From contig CP070655.1 in NCBI GenBank assembly GCA_020354945.1, positions 752,610 through 782,542 on the forward strand: DNA of 29,933 nucleotides, in the 5' to 3' direction. A program made the position numbers and the translations under genes. This document shows, piece after piece, positions 26,260-29,933 of this stretch (its first letter is position 1; every line of letters begins with the position of its first letter). Below the pieces are notes generated by a model, which was not told the origin of the DNA, searched no databases, and was given only the letters and a program-made list of their open reading frames with translations. The DNA is from Candidatus Omnitrophota bacterium. GTDB taxonomy: Bacteria > Omnitrophota > Gorgyraeia > JABMRG01 > JAFGKX01.

Positions 26260-26310
26260 GGGGACTGTCCCCTATCGTATTCCTGTCGTAATTTGGGGAC
26301 TGTCCCTAAA
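26260..26310. repeat. Two copies of the GGGAC-W-GTCCC palindrome
   Basis: ggggactgtcccc (26260-26272) and tttggggactgtccctaaa (26292-26310). Confidence 0.85.
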
Positions 26311-26314
26311 CATG

Positions 26315-26767
26315 TTATCTTCCCCGCGTTTTAAGGGAGCGGCGTATTTCTCTTTCAACTTGCCGCTTGCGGATTTTCTCCCTTTTATCAAAGAACTTTT
26401 TGCCTTTTGCTACTGCAATTTCTAATTTGACTTTCCCTTTTTTAAAATATACTTTTGTAGGGACAATAGTATAGCCCTTTTGCGAGGTTAGGCCTATAAG
26501 TTTGTGTATCTGCGTCTTATGAAGTAGTAATTTACGAATCCTTGTAGAATCAGGTGCAAATGGCCCACTCTGCTTATAAGGACTTATATGTGCGGCGTAG
26601 AGAAAGGGCTCTTCGTTGTTTATACGGACAAAGCTATCATTTATATTGATTTTTCTGTCCCTTATAGACTTAACCTCTGCGCCCTTTAATCCTATACCAG
26701 CTTCAAATCTATCAAAGAGCACATAATCATAGGAAGCCTTTCTATTGGTAGCAATAGGATTCTTCAT
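26315..26767 (-). CDS. smpB: SsrA-binding protein
   Basis: IATNRKA, EAGIGLKGAEVKSIR, RKLLLHK, AKGKKFFDKRE. Confidence 0.97.
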   Translation of the reverse strand: MKNPIATNRKASYDYVLFDRFEAGIGLKGAEVKSIRDRKININDSFVRINNEEPFLYAAHISPYKQSGPFAPDSTRIRKLLLHKTQIHKLIGLTSQKGYTIVPTKVYFKKGKVKLEIAVAKGKKFFDKREKIRKRQVEREIRRSLKTRGR

Positions 26768-26779
26768 CGCAAGTGATTA

Positions 26780-26808
26780 AATATAACATAAATAATAGAG
26801 AAAATCAA
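26780..26808 (-). promoter_or_regulatory. Sigma70-type promoter for smpB-ssrA
   Basis: Minus strand TTGATT-17 nt-TATATT with an extended -10 TGn. Confidence 0.65.
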
Positions 26809-26841
26809 GGATTTGTGGTGAAAACATCCATAAGGTTTTAT

Positions 26842-26870
26842 TTGACTAAACATCTATTTTTGTATATACT
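26842..26870 (+). promoter_or_regulatory. Sigma70-type promoter for tRNA-Leu
   Basis: TTGACT-17 nt-TATACT, 11 nt before the tRNA. Confidence 0.75.
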
Positions 26871-26881
26871 TTAATTGATAT

Positions 26882-26968
26882 GCCGAAGTGACGGAATTGG
26901 GAGACGTTCATGGTTCAGGGCCATGTGGGCTTCGGCCCGTGGGGGTTCGACTCCCCCCTTCGGCACCA
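26882..26968 (+). tRNA. tRNA-Leu(CAG)
   Basis: Acceptor GCCGAAG/CTTCGGC-A-CCA; anticodon arm CATGG-TTCAGGG-CCATG; long variable arm GGGC-TTCG-GCCC; GGTTCGACTCC. Confidence 0.96.
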
Positions 26969-26995
26969 CCAATTACATACTGATGCCTTTATTCT

Positions 26996-27364
26996 TTAGC
27001 CAGACATGGACTTCAGGAGGGTATTAAAGGTATTTATTATCTGCTGGAGGGGTAAATTCTTACTGATATAGCCGGAGGCGCCTCTTTGCATAGATTCATT
27101 TATCAACTCATCCTCATATCCATAAGCTGTAAGCATTACTACTTCAATTGAGGGGTCTTTCTTCTTTATTTCTTCAAGGGTTTGAATGCCATCCATCTCC
27201 GGCATTTTTATATCCAAAAGGACAACATCCGGCCTGCCTTTATCTATCATTTCTAATGCAGATTTTCCGCTTAAAGCGTATTTAACCTGATAATTCTGTT
27301 TAGCAAAAAGGTCCTTGAATAAATCCAATACATCCTGTTCATCATCAACAACTAATATCTTCAT
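26996..27364 (-). CDS. Single-domain response regulator (receiver only)
   Basis: KILVVDDE, DVVLLDIKMPEMDG, MLTAYG, GYISK. Confidence 0.93.
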   Translation of the reverse strand: MKILVVDDEQDVLDLFKDLFAKQNYQVKYALSGKSALEMIDKGRPDVVLLDIKMPEMDGIQTLEEIKKKDPSIEVVMLTAYGYEDELINESMQRGASGYISKNLPLQQIINTFNTLLKSMSG

Positions 27365-27402
27365 GTTCGTCCCCTTGTTTGCAAAAATTTACTGTTTGCA
27401 TC

Positions 27403-27432
27403 GAAACTGTAAAACTAAGAACTGAGAACTGT
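27403..27432. repeat. One-armed degenerate heptamer tract
   Basis: gaaactgtaaaact aagaact gagaact gt, with no clear inverted partner. Confidence 0.4.
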
Positions 27433-27434
27433 TT

Positions 27435-29003
27435 CTAATCTGCCACAGGTAATTTTATAGTAAAAACTGTGCCTTTTCCTACGGCGCTCTCAACTTCTAT
27501 ATTGCCTTTATGCCGCTCTATTATATTACGGCATACAGCCAATCCCAAGCCAGTACCTTTTTCCTTGGTGCTGAAAAAAGGGTCAAATAATCTCTGCATC
27601 TGTTCATCGGTCATACCCTCTCCTGTATCTTTGACCAATACTTCTACGAATCTTTCGCCTTTATCATATCTTGTAATGATAGTTACTTTACCACTGCCAG
27701 GCATTGCCTGGCAGGCATTCAGGCCTAAATTGAGGAATAGTTCTTGAAGTTGATTAAAATCTCCTTTTACCTTTGGCAGGCCTTTCTGAAATTCCTCCTT
27801 CCAGAGAATCTTTTTAAACTCCGGATAATACCCTAATAAAGGGGTGATGCTTTTCATAAGCCTGGTTAAATCTAATGGCTTTATGTCAGGCTTTTTTTCT
27901 TTAGAATAAGAAAGCAGCCTATCCGCTATAGTGCGGATACGCAGGGCCTGGGTTTTTAGTATGTTCAGTGTTTTAACCACGCCTTTTGACAACTTCTCTA
28001 CATCTAATAACTCGAGTCTACCTAATATTACCAGCAAAGGATTATTAATCTCATGGGCCACCCCCGAGGCAAGCTGTCCCACTGCCGCCATCTTTTCTGA
28101 TTGTATCATCTGTCGTTCGATCTTTTTCTTTTCGGTCATATCCTTGCCTACATACGTATAACCTATTGTCTGGCCATCCCTGTTTAGTAACGGAGTAATT
28201 GTGAGTATCGCAGGAAATTCAATATCGCCTTTTCTTAAAAGTTTAACTTCTCCTTCAAATTTAGCATTTTTTTGGATTTCCTCAGATATTTTCTTTATGA
28301 TATAAGACCTATTATATTTAGGATAAATAAGAGAAATATCTTCCAGATAAACTTTGTCTGCAGGCCATCCAAATATATTTCTTGCGCCTAAACCATAGTA
28401 TGTTATTTTACCTTCAAGGTTGGTGGTCATCAATACATATTCCCTTATACTGGAAAGTATGTCTTTAACTCTTTGTCCATGAATATTTATATCATCTTCT
28501 GTTATTTTCCTATCGGTTACATCATGAGCAACGCAGAGTAAGCCAAGATTTTTGTCTTTCTTGCCCCTGATAGTAGCAAGCCTCCAGGAAAGCATGCATT
28601 CAGAGCCATCTTTTCTAAAAATAGCTCCCTCATAAGTCTTGGAGCGAATGCTTATAAGGCAGCCTTTCATAACTGCTTTAAACATCTCTTTCCTTGCCTG
28701 TTGCGCTTTATATAATAAATCGAGCCATTCCTGTTTGAAAATTTCATCACGCTTATAGCCGGTAAAGAATTCAACGGCTTCGTTGCACATTAACGCTTCT
28801 CCGGAAGGTGTGCTAAAAATAATAAGAGTATTAGCCTGTTCTATTAATTGCCCTAAGAGACATTCAGGATCCTCAAGATTGACATAGAACCTTTTTTTAA
28901 ATAGAAAGACTCCCTTTTGTTTCGGAACTAACTTGGTGTGACACATTATGCACTTATACCACAAGTCATTATATCTGATTTTACATTTTGGGCATTTTTT
29001 CAT
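27435..29003 (-). CDS. Cytoplasmic PAS-PAS sensor histidine kinase with an N-terminal CxxC...CxxC module
   Basis: H-box QSEKMAAVGQLASGVAHEINNPL; N, G1, F and G2 boxes (NLGLNA, DTGEG, FDPFFSTK, GTGLGL); two PAS/PAC domains ending DVTDRK and DMTEKK; no TM. Confidence 0.92.
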   Translation of the reverse strand: MKKCPKCKIRYNDLWYKCIMCHTKLVPKQKGVFLFKKRFYVNLEDPECLLGQLIEQANTLIIFSTPSGEALMCNEAVEFFTGYKRDEIFKQEWLDLLYKAQQARKEMFKAVMKGCLISIRSKTYEGAIFRKDGSECMLSWRLATIRGKKDKNLGLLCVAHDVTDRKITEDDINIHGQRVKDILSSIREYVLMTTNLEGKITYYGLGARNIFGWPADKVYLEDISLIYPKYNRSYIIKKISEEIQKNAKFEGEVKLLRKGDIEFPAILTITPLLNRDGQTIGYTYVGKDMTEKKKIERQMIQSEKMAAVGQLASGVAHEINNPLLVILGRLELLDVEKLSKGVVKTLNILKTQALRIRTIADRLLSYSKEKKPDIKPLDLTRLMKSITPLLGYYPEFKKILWKEEFQKGLPKVKGDFNQLQELFLNLGLNACQAMPGSGKVTIITRYDKGERFVEVLVKDTGEGMTDEQMQRLFDPFFSTKEKGTGLGLAVCRNIIERHKGNIEVESAVGKGTVFTIKLPVAD

Positions 29004-29049
29004 CGTGATATATTCCTATGCGTTTGTGCTGCAGGGCATCCCCACCATG

Positions 29050-29550
29050 CTACATCGGCTTTCTTTCCCGGTGTTTTAACAGATTTCTTTTTAAAAACTC
29101 TTTTTTGATAAAATTAGCATAATCTATAATTAAGATACCGTTAAGGTGGTCTATTTCATGCTGTATAACTGTCGAAAGAAGCCCTTTGGCATCAATGGTA
29201 ATCTCTCTGCCGGTTTCATTCAGGGCTTTTACTTTTATACCTCCGGCCCTTTTTACCTTAACTAAAACTTCCGGCAAAGAAAGGCATCCTTCTTCAATGG
29301 CGCTCTTACCATCTTTGTCAACAATTTGCGGATTTACCAAACCTATCGGGCCTTCTCCTATATCTACTACTACAATTTGTTTATCTATTCCTATCTGCGG
29401 GGCTGCAAGGCCTATACCATTATAAGTATGCATTATAAGAGTCATATCGGATAAAATAGACCTTATTTTATCATCCACTATTTCCACAGGAGAACACTTA
29501 GACCGCAGTATTGTATCCGGATATTTCTTTATTTCCTGTATGTTCGCCAT
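29050..29550 (-). CDS. def: Peptide deformylase
   Basis: GIGLAAPQIG, EGCLS, QHEIDHLNG. Start is ATG 29550 (TGATG overlap) or GTG 29553. Confidence 0.96.
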   Translation of the reverse strand: MANIQEIKKYPDTILRSKCSPVEIVDDKIRSILSDMTLIMHTYNGIGLAAPQIGIDKQIVVVDIGEGPIGLVNPQIVDKDGKSAIEEGCLSLPEVLVKVKRAGGIKVKALNETGREITIDAKGLLSTVIQHEIDHLNGILIIDYANFIKKEFLKRNLLKHRERKPM

Positions 29551-29933
29551 CACTTTAGCTTCTCCAGTATTGCCTTTCCGAATTCCTTAGCCGATGCAGG
29601 CCCGTCGGCAGTTATTATGTTGCTATCGACCTCAACCTCTCCCCTCGTATAAACTGCCCCGACTCGTTTTAATTCATTTGCCTCTGATGAGAATACTGTG
29701 GCCCTTTTTCCGGTAAGAAGGCCTGCCCTGGCAAGGGTAACCGGAGCTATACATATTGCGCATACTAACTTTCCTTGCTCATTTGCTCTTTTTGCTATGC
29801 TATGAGCAGTTGAATCCTCAAAATATTCTGATGCTCCAGGCCCGCCGACAAAAATCACTGCGTCATAGTCCGAAGTGTTAACTTCATTAATAGTTTTTTC
29901 TACCTTAACACTTGCCCCTAACATCCCAACAGC
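29550..29933 (-). CDS. DJ-1/PfpI family protein (5' end outside the window)
   Basis: DYDAVIFVGGPGA, AICIAP nucleophile elbow, LLTGKRATVF, IITADGP; frame open to the window edge. Confidence 0.9.
   Translation of the reverse strand, partial: AVGMLGASVKVEKTINEVNTSDYDAVIFVGGPGASEYFEDSTAHSIAKRANEQGKLVCAICIAPVTLARAGLLTGKRATVFSSEANELKRVGAVYTRGEVEVDSNIITADGPASAKEFGKAILEKLK

Noticed and set aside
25697-26425. ORFs 25697..25894 (-) and 26096..26425 (+)
   Set aside because: They overlap tmRNA, smpB or the amidase gene, which explain the sequence.
25848-27000. Integrated island at the ssrA or tRNA-Leu 3' end
   Set aside because: No integrase and no duplicated 3'-end att fragment seen in the window. 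The flanking genes are housekeeping or signalling genes.

Overview
AT-rich bacterial core-genome window, almost all on the minus strand. A consensus sigma70 promoter (TTGACA-17-TATAAT, 17809-17837) heads a ~17.8 kb run: lysS-lolC/E-lolD-ilvE-mcsA-mcsB-clpC-mlaE-mlaF-mlaD-radA-yacL(PIN/TRAM)-ispD-ispF-cysE-cysS-tmk. Next come a divergent AsmA-like gene, a second minus-strand run (smpB-ssrA-amidase-murI-queDCEF-rph-rdgB), tRNA-Leu(CAG), and DJ-1/PfpI-def-PAS histidine kinase-response regulator. Lol/Mla/AsmA genes together with mcsAB-clpC suggest a diderm, possibly PVC group such as Ca. Omnitrophota (inference only). The genes are ordinary, but the DNA between and inside them is not. Every junction longer than 12 nt in the long operon holds a palindrome. 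Nine are hairpins made of inverted 7-nt tandem repeats with five different unit sequences. Two are 150-210 bp nested palindromes with tandem G.A motifs, and one is REP-like. Related repeats sit in frame inside cysS, lolD, mcsA and queE, and apparently inside the tmRNA tag frame, giving a 26-codon tag. No transposase or integrase is present in the window.
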